DNA from: Scytolyngbya sp. HA4215-MV1
GTDB taxonomy: Bacteria > Cyanobacteriota > Cyanobacteriia > Leptolyngbyales > Leptolyngbyaceae
NCBI GenBank assembly: GCA_019359045.1
Contig: JAHHIA010000002.1
Coordinates: 116,401 to 180,400, forward strand
Direction of reading: 5' to 3'
DNA: 64,000 nucleotides
A program made the position numbers and the translations under genes. The notes beneath the pieces were generated by a model. It saw nothing but the letters and a program-made list of their open reading frames with translations. It did not search any database and had not been told where the DNA came from. Within the stretch, counting starts at the first letter, position 1. Each line of letters begins with the position of its first letter. Shown here one piece after another: positions 18,024 to 27,879 of the stretch.

Positions 18024-19127
18024 TTGAGTGTGAATCAATCGACAACTCAAGCTCAACCAGACGATAAAGAACACCGTCGATTTCGATTTATTGATGGATT
18101 GCGGGGACTTGCTGCGCTCTTAGTGACTGGCTTTCATTTTTACAATGCGGGACCGCTGCATCAAGCCTTATCTACCCTATTTCCCTTACCCATTGGATTG
18201 ATATTGGAACAAGGTTGGTTAGGGGTCGAAGTCTTTTTTGTCATTAGTGGTTTTGTGATTGCCTACAGCTTAAGAGAGACAAAAATTACACTCAATTTTT
18301 TGAGAAGTTTTACGCTACGTCGCTTCTTACGGCTTAGTCCTCCCTATTGGGGCAGTATCCTATTAGTCATTTTGATCAATTATTTCTCCAACTGGTTCCT
18401 CACCGATCGCGCAGTTCCCCTACCAACTGTCGGTGTAACCCTGGCACACCTCTTTTATCTCCAGAATATTTTGGGCATGGGGGATCTCGTGCCAGTTTTT
18501 TGGACGCTCTGTCTGGAAATTCAGTTCTATCTTGTGTTTGTGATTCTTTTAGCAATCAGTCAGAACCTCATCCCCCAAAAGAGCGCTTCATTCAATATGC
18601 TGACTGATTTCTGTTTTGTGGGGTTAGCAATAGGGTCAATTTTTCTCACGATCGAGGCTGGTAGCTCAATCCGATCTTTCTTTTATCCTGATTGGTATAC
18701 CTTCTTTATGGGAGTCTTGGTGTGCTGGACACTGCAAAAAAAGACTCTGAGCATATGGCTTTGGCTATATGTTTCAATTATTACAATATCACTCATTATT
18801 CACTGGGATATTCGAATCTTTGCAACTCTCATCACTGGTTTGAGTATTTATTTATTTGTTCAATACGAGCAATTACAGAACTGGCTCAATAGTCGTTGGC
18901 AACAGTATGTTGGAAAAATTTCTTATAGCTTGTATTTAATCCATCTTCTCACAGGCATGCGTATTATTAATCTCGGTTATCGAGTCACCGGAGATTCTCC
19001 AATTCTGGCCTTGGTTTGGTTTATTTTAGCTATTGCAATGAGTATTTTATCCGCTCATTTATTTTATACATGGGTTGAGAAACCGAGTTTAATCCTGAGT
19101 AGAAAAATCAAATTTGAGAATAGTTAA
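18024..19127 (+). CDS. Acyltransferase family 3 (OafA/WecH-like) integral membrane O-acyltransferase
   Basis: N-terminal R-x(n)-IDGLRGLAALLVTGFHF motif; about 10 predicted hydrophobic helices. The ORF starts at a TTG (a GTG alternative at 18028). Confidence 0.75.
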   Translation: MSVNQSTTQAQPDDKEHRRFRFIDGLRGLAALLVTGFHFYNAGPLHQALSTLFPLPIGLILEQGWLGVEVFFVISGFVIAYSLRETKITLNFLRSFTLRRFLRLSPPYWGSILLVILINYFSNWFLTDRAVPLPTVGVTLAHLFYLQNILGMGDLVPVFWTLCLEIQFYLVFVILLAISQNLIPQKSASFNMLTDFCFVGLAIGSIFLTIEAGSSIRSFFYPDWYTFFMGVLVCWTLQKKTLSIWLWLYVSIITISLIIHWDIRIFATLITGLSIYLFVQYEQLQNWLNSRWQQYVGKISYSLYLIHLLTGMRIINLGYRVTGDSPILALVWFILAIAMSILSAHLFYTWVEKPSLILSRKIKFENS

Positions 19128-19192
19128 AAAGGTACAGACTGCGATGTTGGTTACTCAGAGACTCCGAAATTGGTAGTACATAGGCAAAAAGT

Positions 19193-20098
19193 ATGAGTAA
19201 TTTAGGAAAACCATCTTGCGAGATAACCGTAGGAATTCCTACCTTTCAACGTCCCGAAAAACTTGTTCAGACGCTAAAGAAAATTCTTGACTGCAATCCA
19301 CAACCCTGCGAAATCATCATTCACATTGATGGTCAAGATAGCGTTACTGAGAAAATCCTAAGAGAGAATTTTCAAGATCTTAAAATTATTCAGAGTGATG
19401 TCAGAGTAGGTCCTGGAGGGGGAAGAAATAGAATTATACGGGCAGCTCAGAATCCTATTATTGCTAGTTTTGACGATGATTCTTACCCGATCGATTCGGA
19501 TTATTTTTCTCGACTTAGTATTCTGTTTGAACGCTTTTCTCAAGCAGCCATTATTGGAGCAAAAGTCTATGAAATTGATCAGTCTCTTAACCCTGACCAG
19601 CAGGATATTTTATGGACATCTAGTTTTATTGGGTGTGGCTGTGCCTATCGCCGAGAAGCATTTACTCAGACTCAAGGGTATGTTCCGCTCCCTTTAGCCT
19701 ATGGAATGGAAGAGGTTGACTTATCTCTACAACTCCACCACCTCAATTGGAGAATTCTACAAACTTCGTGGTTGAGAGTATGTCATAACACGAAGTTGGA
19801 ACATCGTAATCAACCCACCATTACGGCTGCATCGATTACCAACCAGGCTCTACTCACTTACTTAAGATATCCTTTTATCTTTTGGTGGATCGGTTTTGGT
19901 CAGTTTGTTAGTCGAATTGTCTGGTTAGCTTTGAATGGGAAATTTGCTGGAATTTTAGAAGGAATTACTGATGTTCCTCGATTAATCAGAAAAAATCGAC
20001 ACTATCGTCAAGTAATTTCTTCTAAGTCTTTGCTTTCACATTTATATCTACGTCGTAACTCAGTCATTGCAGAGATCAATCCAGATCGGGTTGATTAG
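19193..20098 (+). CDS. Family 2 glycosyltransferase
   Basis: ITVGIPTFQRPEKLVQTLKKIL...IIIHIDGQDS...ASFDDDSY (DXD). Confidence 0.75.
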   Translation: MSNLGKPSCEITVGIPTFQRPEKLVQTLKKILDCNPQPCEIIIHIDGQDSVTEKILRENFQDLKIIQSDVRVGPGGGRNRIIRAAQNPIIASFDDDSYPIDSDYFSRLSILFERFSQAAIIGAKVYEIDQSLNPDQQDILWTSSFIGCGCAYRREAFTQTQGYVPLPLAYGMEEVDLSLQLHHLNWRILQTSWLRVCHNTKLEHRNQPTITAASITNQALLTYLRYPFIFWWIGFGQFVSRIVWLALNGKFAGILEGITDVPRLIRKNRHYRQVISSKSLLSHLYLRRNSVIAEINPDRVD

Positions 20099-20133
20099 GT
20101 GGTTATCAGAAAACGCCAAGCTGCTAGAAATTC

Positions 20134-21372
20134 GTGATAGCTCAAATTTCATCCTGGATTTGTTGTCAATTAGGTGCGAGAGAGCACTATGCCATTCCCC
20201 GATCGCTGGCAAGATCGGGACATCTGGCAATGCTGATTATTGATGCCTGGGTGCCGCCCCAGTCTGCTTGGCGGCGATTGCCACTGTCGTCTCTCAAATC
20301 TCTGCAAGAACGGTTTCATCCAGAACTGGCTCAATTTCATTCGGTTCATGCGTTTACCAATGCCCTGGTGCAGTTTGAAATCACCCAGCGACTCTTTAAA
20401 ACTTCAGAATGGTCTCGCATTCTCGATCGCAATCGCTGGTTTCAACAGCAAGCGGTACAAAAGCTTTGCCAACAGACGATGCAATGCATATCTCGCCCCA
20501 CACTCTTTGCCTATAGTTATGCTGCCCTAGATTTGTTTCGCTACGCCAAAACTCAGGGTTGGCAAACCGTATTAGGGCAGATTGATCCGGGTCCGATCGA
20601 GGAAAAGCTAGTCTTGGCGGAATGCACCCGTTACGCACCCGCAGGAATCGACTGGCAACCTGCACCCGCCCAATATTGGGCGGACTGGCAAGTGGAATGT
20701 GCTCTGGCAGACCGGATTGTGGTGAATTCTGATTGGTCGCGTCAGGCATTGCAACAAGTGGGGATTGCCGCAGCCAAAATTGAAGTGATGCCGCTAGCCT
20801 ATGAGCAATCTGAAGCGTCTAAAAGTTGGGTACGCACTTATCCCCCCCAGTTTTCCCACGATCGTCCCTTGCGGGTTTTGTTTTTGGGACAGATCATTTT
20901 ACGAAAAGGAATTGCGGCGGTGTTAGAAGCCGCTAATTTTCTCAAAGATGAACCAATCGAGTTTTATCTCGTGGGTGCTCCGGGCATCCCTCGACCTGAG
21001 CCAGCCCAACCCCATGTGCATTGGCTGGGCGTTGTCTCCCGCAGTGAAACGGCTCAATATTACCAGCGATCGGATGTTTTTTTGTTCCCAACCCTATCCG
21101 ATGGTTTCGGATTAACCCAACTAGAAGCTCAGGCTTGGCAGCTACCTGTGATTTCGTCCAGATTTTGCGGGGCTGTGGTGAAAGATCAGGTAAATGGATG
21201 GATACTGCCGGAGGTGACTGGAGATGCGATCGCGCAGATTTTGCGAATTTGTTTGCATCATCCCAGGCTTTTGGAGCAATTTTCGCACCACTCATGGGTC
21301 ACTCAAGAATTTAGCTTGACCCAACTCTCAGCACAATTAGTCCAGCAAGAACGTGATCCCCCCAACCTTTAA
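20134..21372 (+). CDS. GT4-family (GT-B) glycosyltransferase
   Basis: VLFLGQIILRKGIAAVLEAA...SDVFLFPTLSDGFGLTQLEAQAWQLPVISS is the GT-B C-terminal domain with the E-x7-E-like region. GTG start; an alternative ATG is at 20230. Confidence 0.7.
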   Translation: MIAQISSWICCQLGAREHYAIPRSLARSGHLAMLIIDAWVPPQSAWRRLPLSSLKSLQERFHPELAQFHSVHAFTNALVQFEITQRLFKTSEWSRILDRNRWFQQQAVQKLCQQTMQCISRPTLFAYSYAALDLFRYAKTQGWQTVLGQIDPGPIEEKLVLAECTRYAPAGIDWQPAPAQYWADWQVECALADRIVVNSDWSRQALQQVGIAAAKIEVMPLAYEQSEASKSWVRTYPPQFSHDRPLRVLFLGQIILRKGIAAVLEAANFLKDEPIEFYLVGAPGIPRPEPAQPHVHWLGVVSRSETAQYYQRSDVFLFPTLSDGFGLTQLEAQAWQLPVISSRFCGAVVKDQVNGWILPEVTGDAIAQILRICLHHPRLLEQFSHHSWVTQEFSLTQLSAQLVQQERDPPNL

Positions 21373-21380
21373 CCTGGCTC

Positions 21381-22808
21381 ATGGCTTATGAAACCGGTTT
21401 GACCATAGCGTTCCCTTTTAATTACGTCCTGGCAGGAATCATTCTGGGAGTTTTGAGTTTAGAAGCTTTCCTCCGCAGAAATCGTGCCTGGGGAATTCCA
21501 TCCCTGATTATCTATGCCACCACTGCATTATGGTATTTTGTTGAAATTTTTTACACTCCGGAAGAATATACAAGTTTCCCAAATTCAATCATTGAAGATA
21601 GCTATACCGAAGTCATTATTTTTCTAATTAGTTATCGATTGATGATTTCGTATTGTACCAAACGGTTAGTTAATCGCCGTCTGAACATGGCGACCTATAT
21701 TAGCCAATTTACTTTCAATCCAAATCGCTTTCTGGTTTACATCGCCAGCGTCTGGTTGATATTACTATTATTTGGCCTTAGCCGCGTGAACTGGAATTTG
21801 GTTGAAGCTCTCTTCCCCCTGACAGGTAGAGCCGGAATCAATATGTGGAGCCGTGCTGGGGCTGGGGCTGCTGGGGCAGGGGGATTTATCATTTCTTCTG
21901 CCAATTACATTTACACCCTCACCTGTGCTTTTTTTGGCATCTTATTGTTCTTCACACGCAACCAGATTAAAATTCTCAATCTTGCCTTGATTCTGGCTTC
22001 TTGGCCCTTTTATATGTTGAGCGGGACCCGGAATCAGTTTCTGGCTGTAGCTATGCCTGCATTTTTTACCTACCTCTTGCTCTCTAAACAAAAGTGGTGG
22101 ATGAAAATCCTGGTTTCACTCTTGCTGTTTGGGATGCTGAACTATCTATTTACAATCGTAATTGCCTACCGAGATGTGGGATTTCAAAGCGTTGTTTCTA
22201 ACCTGATGCAAGGGCAAGAGATCAACAAACCAGAAACGAAACATCTGGGGCTGAACATGGCAGTCGAGCTTTTCTATATCAATCAGTTTTATGATCAAGG
22301 TCAGGTTCAGTTGCAGTATGGCTTTGATTACCTGGCAGATTTTTTGAATTTCATACCACGAGCAATTTGGCCAGAAAAGCCGATTTTGGGATTGCAATAT
22401 AATCTGCTACGGGGATTTGGCAGTAGTCGCGGTGACATTGGTGTGTTTGCCACGATCGCGTCTGGTTTTATTGGACGGGGCGTCCTCAACTTCGGACCCT
22501 GGCTCGGACCGATCGCACCCGCTTTGCTACTGGCGTTATGGAGCGCATTGCTCAGTCGGTTTTGGAGTCAGCGATACTCTGTATTACGACTCTGTTTGTT
22601 CCTCATGGGTTTGGGCATTACCCCTAACTTAGGGCGAGATATTACCCTATTGGTGATTTGGCCCATGATTTTTGGCTATGGGTTAGTCCGCTTTCTGGAA
22701 CATCTCGATCGCAAAAAGCAGCGACAGATGTCTCGTTTCATTCCTGATTCCGGTAGCGCTGCTGCCATCCGGCAGAACTTTTATCGTGATCTGGAGAACG
22801 ACTCATGA
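21381..22808 (+). CDS. Polytopic membrane protein, Wzy/O-antigen polymerase or O-antigen-ligase-like
   Basis: About 10-12 hydrophobic helices over 475 aa with a larger loop near the C-terminal third. It sits between glycosyltransferase genes with no other recognisable motifs. The family assignment is an inference from architecture and context. Confidence 0.5.
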   Translation: MAYETGLTIAFPFNYVLAGIILGVLSLEAFLRRNRAWGIPSLIIYATTALWYFVEIFYTPEEYTSFPNSIIEDSYTEVIIFLISYRLMISYCTKRLVNRRLNMATYISQFTFNPNRFLVYIASVWLILLLFGLSRVNWNLVEALFPLTGRAGINMWSRAGAGAAGAGGFIISSANYIYTLTCAFFGILLFFTRNQIKILNLALILASWPFYMLSGTRNQFLAVAMPAFFTYLLLSKQKWWMKILVSLLLFGMLNYLFTIVIAYRDVGFQSVVSNLMQGQEINKPETKHLGLNMAVELFYINQFYDQGQVQLQYGFDYLADFLNFIPRAIWPEKPILGLQYNLLRGFGSSRGDIGVFATIASGFIGRGVLNFGPWLGPIAPALLLALWSALLSRFWSQRYSVLRLCLFLMGLGITPNLGRDITLLVIWPMIFGYGLVRFLEHLDRKKQRQMSRFIPDSGSAAAIRQNFYRDLENDS

Positions 22809-23941
22809 CACGAATTGTTGTTCTGTTTACGAACTATGGTCCCTATCACCTTGCCAGAGTCCGGAGTTTAGAGCAACACTGTCGTCTTCTCAATTGGGAA
22901 GTCTTGGGTGTGGAATTGTCGCGACAGGAACAAACTTATGCATGGCAGGTCGATCGTCGTGATTTACCTAGCCATCTGATTTCCGTCATTCCAGACTCAC
23001 CGTTGGAGCAAGTGCCCCTGGTGCATTTGTTATCTCAATTAATCACTGTGCTCACTCGGCTACAGCCTGATATTGTTGCGATCGCAGGCTATGCCCATCC
23101 AGCCATGTTAACGGCACTGGGCTGGAGTTTATGGCATCGCAAACCAGCGATTCTGATGTCCGAAACCACTGCTTGGGACAATCCTCGTCATTGGCTGCAG
23201 GAAATGCTAAAAAGTTGGATTGTCAAACAATACCAATCCGCCCTGGTGGGTGGCAGCCCTCAGGCTCGCTACTTAATCGAATTAGGGATGCCAGCTACAA
23301 CCATCTGTTTCGGGTATGACGTTGTTGATAATCAAGTCTTTCACCCCGATCGTTGCCATCATTTTCCCCGCCCGATCTCGCGTCCCTACTTTTTGTCTGT
23401 GAGTCGCTTCGTTCCCAAAAAAAACTTGCCGTTCTTACTCGCTGCCTATGCCCAGTATCGTCAGGTAGTTGGTGATGTGGCTTGGGATTTAGTGCTTTCC
23501 GGGGATGGACCTTTACGGGCTCAACTGGAGCAACAGATTGCAGAACTCAACCTAGAGCCTTGGGTTCACCTACCAGGGTTTCTCCAACAAACTGAATTAC
23601 TGCCCTACTTTGCCCATGCGGGTTGTTTTGTTCATGCCAGCACTCAGGAGCAATGGGGATTGGTGGTGAATGAGGCGATGGCAGCGGGATTGCCCGTCTT
23701 AGTGTCTAACCGTTGTGGTTGCTTTGAAGATCTGGTCTTAGAAGGCGTTACCGGCTTTGGCTTTGACCCGGCAAATGAACTTCAATTAACTGATTTGATG
23801 ACCAAAATCACGTTGGCAGCAGGGCAACTTGAGACAATGCGGCAAGCGACACTGGCGCATATTCAAAAGTTCTCACCGGACTGTTTTGCGATCGGGCTGA
23901 TTCAGGCAATTCAATACGCCCACACTCTCAAACGCGGATGA
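22805..23941 (+). CDS. GT4-family (GT-B) glycosyltransferase
   Basis: FVHASTQEQWGLVVNEAMAAGLPVLVSNRCG (EX7E region). ATGA overlap with the upstream gene. Confidence 0.8.
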   Translation: MTRIVVLFTNYGPYHLARVRSLEQHCRLLNWEVLGVELSRQEQTYAWQVDRRDLPSHLISVIPDSPLEQVPLVHLLSQLITVLTRLQPDIVAIAGYAHPAMLTALGWSLWHRKPAILMSETTAWDNPRHWLQEMLKSWIVKQYQSALVGGSPQARYLIELGMPATTICFGYDVVDNQVFHPDRCHHFPRPISRPYFLSVSRFVPKKNLPFLLAAYAQYRQVVGDVAWDLVLSGDGPLRAQLEQQIAELNLEPWVHLPGFLQQTELLPYFAHAGCFVHASTQEQWGLVVNEAMAAGLPVLVSNRCGCFEDLVLEGVTGFGFDPANELQLTDLMTKITLAAGQLETMRQATLAHIQKFSPDCFAIGLIQAIQYAHTLKRG

Positions 23942-24020
23942 GTTCTGACTGGAGGTCTATTCTTGCACTGTTTGCAGAGATGCACCCAGGAGGCACCTGG
24001 GCGATCGCGCCCATCCTGGA

Positions 24021-24587
24021 TTAGTGGGTACGACTACGTCCACCCACTACTTCGGTATTAGGGGGAAGGGCAGTTGTCGGAGACACTTTTCGGAAAAGGG
24101 ATGGACGATCGAAAGTCGTAGGTCGCGGTTGTCCAGGCGCAGTTCCCAAGATTTGAATCCGCATTTGGTCGTTCGCAGCAAGTTCAAAAATAGTCAGGAC
24201 AGTCCGGTTTTCTGCCAAATCGATATTCAAGCCCATGGGTTTGCTGCTGGCATTGACCTGATAGTGCAACTCCAACGCTTTGGGCGGCAATCCTTCTGGT
24301 GGCGGCGCAGTCATAAAGAAGAGTTTGCCCTGGGGAGCAAAAATCCAGGTAACGGTTCGTCCAGGGGCTAATTCTCCTTGCCAGGTGCCAGTGATATCGG
24401 GAGCTTTGACCGGGTTGGTTCCGGCAGTAGCAGTTTCAGCCAGAACTGGCAGCAACCCGGGGGAACCTTTCATCAAGCCTGGCAAACTCACCAGTAAGCC
24501 GCTGGAAACAACCAGGGTGGTTGCCAGCGACAGGTTCAAGCCAGGTTTGGCAAACAGGACAAGGCGATGGAATTGGCGACGAAGCAT
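24021..24587 (-). CDS. hypothetical secreted protein
   Basis: From the internal ATG (24587), MLRRQFHRLVLFAKPGLNLSLATTLVVSSGLLVSLPG is signal-peptide-like. The ORF track extends to 24749 and overlaps the putA stop. No known domain recognised. Confidence 0.4.
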   Translation of the reverse strand: MLRRQFHRLVLFAKPGLNLSLATTLVVSSGLLVSLPGLMKGSPGLLPVLAETATAGTNPVKAPDITGTWQGELAPGRTVTWIFAPQGKLFFMTAPPPEGLPPKALELHYQVNASSKPMGLNIDLAENRTVLTIFELAANDQMRIQILGTAPGQPRPTTFDRPSLFRKVSPTTALPPNTEVVGGRSRTH

Positions 24588-24674
24588 GGATGAAATCTGT
24601 AGAGTCGGCAATGCTACTCTACTCGATTTTTTTGACCCAGCCCACTCGATCTCTTGCAAACTAGTTGTTGAGGG

Positions 24675-24711
24675 GATTGTGGTGAGGCGGCTTTGCCGCC
24701 TCACCACAATC
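24675..24711 (-). terminator. Perfect 16-bp stem / 5-nt loop hairpin (GATTGTGGTGAGGCGG CTTTG CCGCCTCACCACAATC) immediately downstream of putA
   Basis: Read directly. It lies 13 nt after the putA stop on the minus strand. No clear U-tract, so it may be a stability/terminator hairpin. Confidence 0.4.
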
Positions 24712-24723
24712 TGAAAGAGGCGA

Positions 24724-27700
24724 CTATTCTGCGCCTGCGATCGGAGCAAAGCCCTGTCGTTGTATGTTTTCAGTTACAGCACGAGGCTCCAGGAATTGCA
24801 ACAGATAATCGGGACCGCCCGCTTTAGAGCCTACTCCAGAGAGCTTGAAACCGCCAAATGGTTGACGCGCCACGATCGCCCCGGTAATGCCCCGGTTAAT
24901 GTACAGGTTGCCTACCTCGAACTCGGCTTCCGCTTGAGCAATGTGGGACGGCGTGCGAGAATACAATCCCCCAGTTAGGGCATAATTTGTGCCATTGGAG
25001 ATCGTCAGCGCTTCTGCAAACGTCTTTGCCTGCATCACCGCCAGCACTGGACCAAAGATTTCTTCTTGAGCGATCGCCGCATCGGGTGCAACCTGATGGA
25101 AGATGGTGGGTCCAATAAAGTACCCCCCTTCGGGCGCAGGCATCTCTAGTGCCACTTCACAGGTTAACTTGGCTTTTTCGATTGACTCACGAATCCGATC
25201 TCTGGCACTGGCATCGATCACTGGACCGACTTTGGTACCGGGAAATTCGGTTTGTCCCAGATGGAGCGATCGGGTGGCTTCCACCAGTCGCCGCAAAAAC
25301 GTATCGTAAATTGGCTCCAGCACAATCACGCGGGAACAAGCGGAACACTTCTGTCCGCTGTAACCAAACGCAGACTGCACCACCCCCTGCACTGCCTGAT
25401 CCAGATCAGCGCTTTCATCCACAATGATGGCGTTTTTCCCACCCATTTCCGCAATCACCCGCTTCAAGTGTTTCTGGCCCGGTTGCAAAATTGCGGCATC
25501 GGCATAGATGCGACAACCCACTTCCTGCGATCCGGTGAAGGTAATCATATGCACATCGGGGTGCTTGACCATATGCGCCCCCACACTGGAACCCTTACCT
25601 GGAACAAACTGGAACACACCTTTAGGCATCCCTGCTTCCACCAGGATTTCTGCCAGTTTTGCCGCAATCACCGAAGACACTTCGGCAGGTTTGAGCAGGG
25701 TGCAGTTGCCCGCCACCAGCGATGCCACGGTCATACCTGTGGGAATTGCCAGCGGAAAGTTCCAGGGAGAAATGATCAGGGAAATACCTCTGGGTTGGTA
25801 GTGGTAGCGGTTGGTTTCACCGGGATAGTCGTAGGCAACACCTGCTTGCAAACGTTCCATTTCATCGGCGTAGTAGCGGCAGAAGTCGATCGCCTCGGAC
25901 ACTTCGGGATCAGCTTCTTTCACCACTTTGCCCGTTTCCAACACCATCCAGGCAATCAATTCTTGCCGTCGCTGCTCCATCAAATCGGCAGCTTTGCGCA
26001 GAATAGCAGCACGTTCTTTGGCAGGCGTGCGCTTCCAGGCAGGAAACGCCGCTTTAGCAGCCGCGATCGCCTGGTCTGCCTGTTCTAAGCTAATCAAGCC
26101 TACCTGACCGATTGTCTCGCTAAAATTGGAAGGATTCACCGAATTCACAGACGAGGTAGTCTGTACCCACTCCCCATCAATCAGGGGTAGATAGGTCTTG
26201 CCTAACCGTTGCCGCACGCTTGCCAATGCCTGTTGCACTTCCCGACAGTGGGCCGCATTGGCATAATCTGTATCTGCAGCATTTTGGAAAGCTTGAGAGA
26301 TCGAGGCTGTCTCCCGTCTCCCATCTTCCGTCTCCTGCCCCCTGTCTCCTGCCTGCTGTCTCCCCACTGGCTTCGCCAGCAATTCTTCCACCGGACGTTC
26401 TTCCAGGTTTTGCCGCAGGAAAGAACTGTTAGCAGTGTTTTCCAGCAGACGACGGATCAGGTAGGACATACCGGGAATCAGTTCGCCGTAGGGGCAGTAG
26501 ACCCGCACCCGATAGCCCCGATCAGCGATCGCAGTTGCTAGTTTATCGCCCATGCCATAGAGCACCTGACACTCAAACCGTCGCCGGGGGATTTTCAATT
26601 CCTCAGCGATCGCAATGGCGTGGGCTTGAGAGCGTACGTTGTGTCCACCAATTGCCGCATAAAGGTATTCATGATTTTCTAACAATAACTGGGTCAGGGT
26701 TTCGTAATTGGCATCGGTAGACGCTTTGTCGTTATAAACGGGTTGTGCCCAATCCTTCTGCACTGCTTTGATGGTTTCCTGATCCCAATAGGCACCCTTG
26801 ACCAGACGTATGGTTAGGGGATGTCCCCGCTCTTTTGCCCAGACAATCAGGTCTTTCAGGTCGCGTTTGCTGTCGCGCAGATAGGCTTGGATAGTCATCC
26901 CCAGATCGGTGCGATCGCGAAACTCGTCTTCCATCAGCAGTTGCTTGAGAATCGCCAGAGTCAGGTCTTTGTAAGCATACTGTTCCATGTCAAAGTGGAC
27001 GGCAGCACCCAATTCTTTCGCCCGTCGCAGCAGAATGCGGATGCGATCGCTCACCCGTTCCTGGCTCCCCTTGGCATCCAGTGGGTCAAATTGAGAGTAG
27101 AACGCAGTCAGCTTCACCGACACCTGCACTTTGGGTAAGGATTCGCCCTCGGCTTCGTCGATCGCCGCCACGGGTGACCAACTTTTTGCCGCATCGGTCA
27201 ATTGCTCCATCAACTCTAAGTAGCGATCGAGGTAAGACTGTGCCTCGGCTTCCGTAATCACGGCTTCTCCCAACAAATCCACCGTGAATGCCATTTTGTC
27301 TTTCCGCAACCGCCCCAGGGTTTTGATCACCTGCTGGATGGTTTCTCCGGCAATATATTTATGCGCCAGGGTTTCCACGGCAGTGGAGAGTGTTGTAGCA
27401 GCAACCTGTCCCGGCAGGGCTTCGGGGCTGGCAAAGTTGAGCAGTCCCTTCAGCGCCGCAGGCAGCTCCACGGTGGTATCGCCCAGATATTCCTGCAAGT
27501 GACGGGCAATTTCGGCTTTGCTGCGCAGCGAGGGCAGACAATCAATTAAACGAAATAGTTGCACTCGCAAGCCGGGGTTGCCCATTGCCCACCCCAATAG
27601 TTTGTCGTCCCAGCGCATTTGGTCTCGCATCTGGGCGAAGAAGGAACGATTTTCCCGCGTTGCAGATAAGAGTTGGCGGGCGATCGCTTGTGTTTGTGCC

Positions 27701-27855
27701 TCATAGACCTGACCTGAACCCTGAACCACCACGGCTGATAACCCCCAGTAAACAAAAAAGAACTCGAAACCCCCGATTTTTGGGGATTTCTCCATTCTAT
27801 CGCGGGGGTTGGATGGGGAAATTTGACTTGTCTTGAGGTGTTGACGATCGTGCAT
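24724..27855 (-). CDS. putA: Bifunctional proline dehydrogenase / delta-1-pyrroline-5-carboxylate dehydrogenase PutA
   Basis: About 1040 aa. The N-terminal half has a proline-DH TIM-barrel. The C-terminal half is an aldehyde dehydrogenase with a catalytic Cys region (FGYSGQKCSACSRV) and EMGGKNAIIVD. ATG at 27855; the ORF track begins at a TTG at 27858. Confidence 0.9.
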   Translation of the reverse strand: MHDRQHLKTSQISPSNPRDRMEKSPKIGGFEFFFVYWGLSAVVVQGSGQVYEAQTQAIARQLLSATRENRSFFAQMRDQMRWDDKLLGWAMGNPGLRVQLFRLIDCLPSLRSKAEIARHLQEYLGDTTVELPAALKGLLNFASPEALPGQVAATTLSTAVETLAHKYIAGETIQQVIKTLGRLRKDKMAFTVDLLGEAVITEAEAQSYLDRYLELMEQLTDAAKSWSPVAAIDEAEGESLPKVQVSVKLTAFYSQFDPLDAKGSQERVSDRIRILLRRAKELGAAVHFDMEQYAYKDLTLAILKQLLMEDEFRDRTDLGMTIQAYLRDSKRDLKDLIVWAKERGHPLTIRLVKGAYWDQETIKAVQKDWAQPVYNDKASTDANYETLTQLLLENHEYLYAAIGGHNVRSQAHAIAIAEELKIPRRRFECQVLYGMGDKLATAIADRGYRVRVYCPYGELIPGMSYLIRRLLENTANSSFLRQNLEERPVEELLAKPVGRQQAGDRGQETEDGRRETASISQAFQNAADTDYANAAHCREVQQALASVRQRLGKTYLPLIDGEWVQTTSSVNSVNPSNFSETIGQVGLISLEQADQAIAAAKAAFPAWKRTPAKERAAILRKAADLMEQRRQELIAWMVLETGKVVKEADPEVSEAIDFCRYYADEMERLQAGVAYDYPGETNRYHYQPRGISLIISPWNFPLAIPTGMTVASLVAGNCTLLKPAEVSSVIAAKLAEILVEAGMPKGVFQFVPGKGSSVGAHMVKHPDVHMITFTGSQEVGCRIYADAAILQPGQKHLKRVIAEMGGKNAIIVDESADLDQAVQGVVQSAFGYSGQKCSACSRVIVLEPIYDTFLRRLVEATRSLHLGQTEFPGTKVGPVIDASARDRIRESIEKAKLTCEVALEMPAPEGGYFIGPTIFHQVAPDAAIAQEEIFGPVLAVMQAKTFAEALTISNGTNYALTGGLYSRTPSHIAQAEAEFEVGNLYINRGITGAIVARQPFGGFKLSGVGSKAGGPDYLLQFLEPRAVTENIQRQGFAPIAGAE

Positions 27856-27879
27856 CAATCCAGAAGAATCGATAACCAG

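Noticed and set aside
21381-22808. Calling the 475-aa membrane protein definitively Wzy (polymerase) or WaaL (ligase)
   Set aside because: Only topology and context support it, and no diagnostic motif was read. It is kept as a Wzy/ligase-like membrane protein with moderate confidence.
25252-26088. 278-aa + strand ORF, and several other plus-strand ORFs of 60-110 aa, inside the putA gene region
   Set aside because: They lie entirely antisense within a long minus-strand gene with strong domain evidence (PutA). They have no motifs, and their composition mirrors the GC-rich antisense frame.
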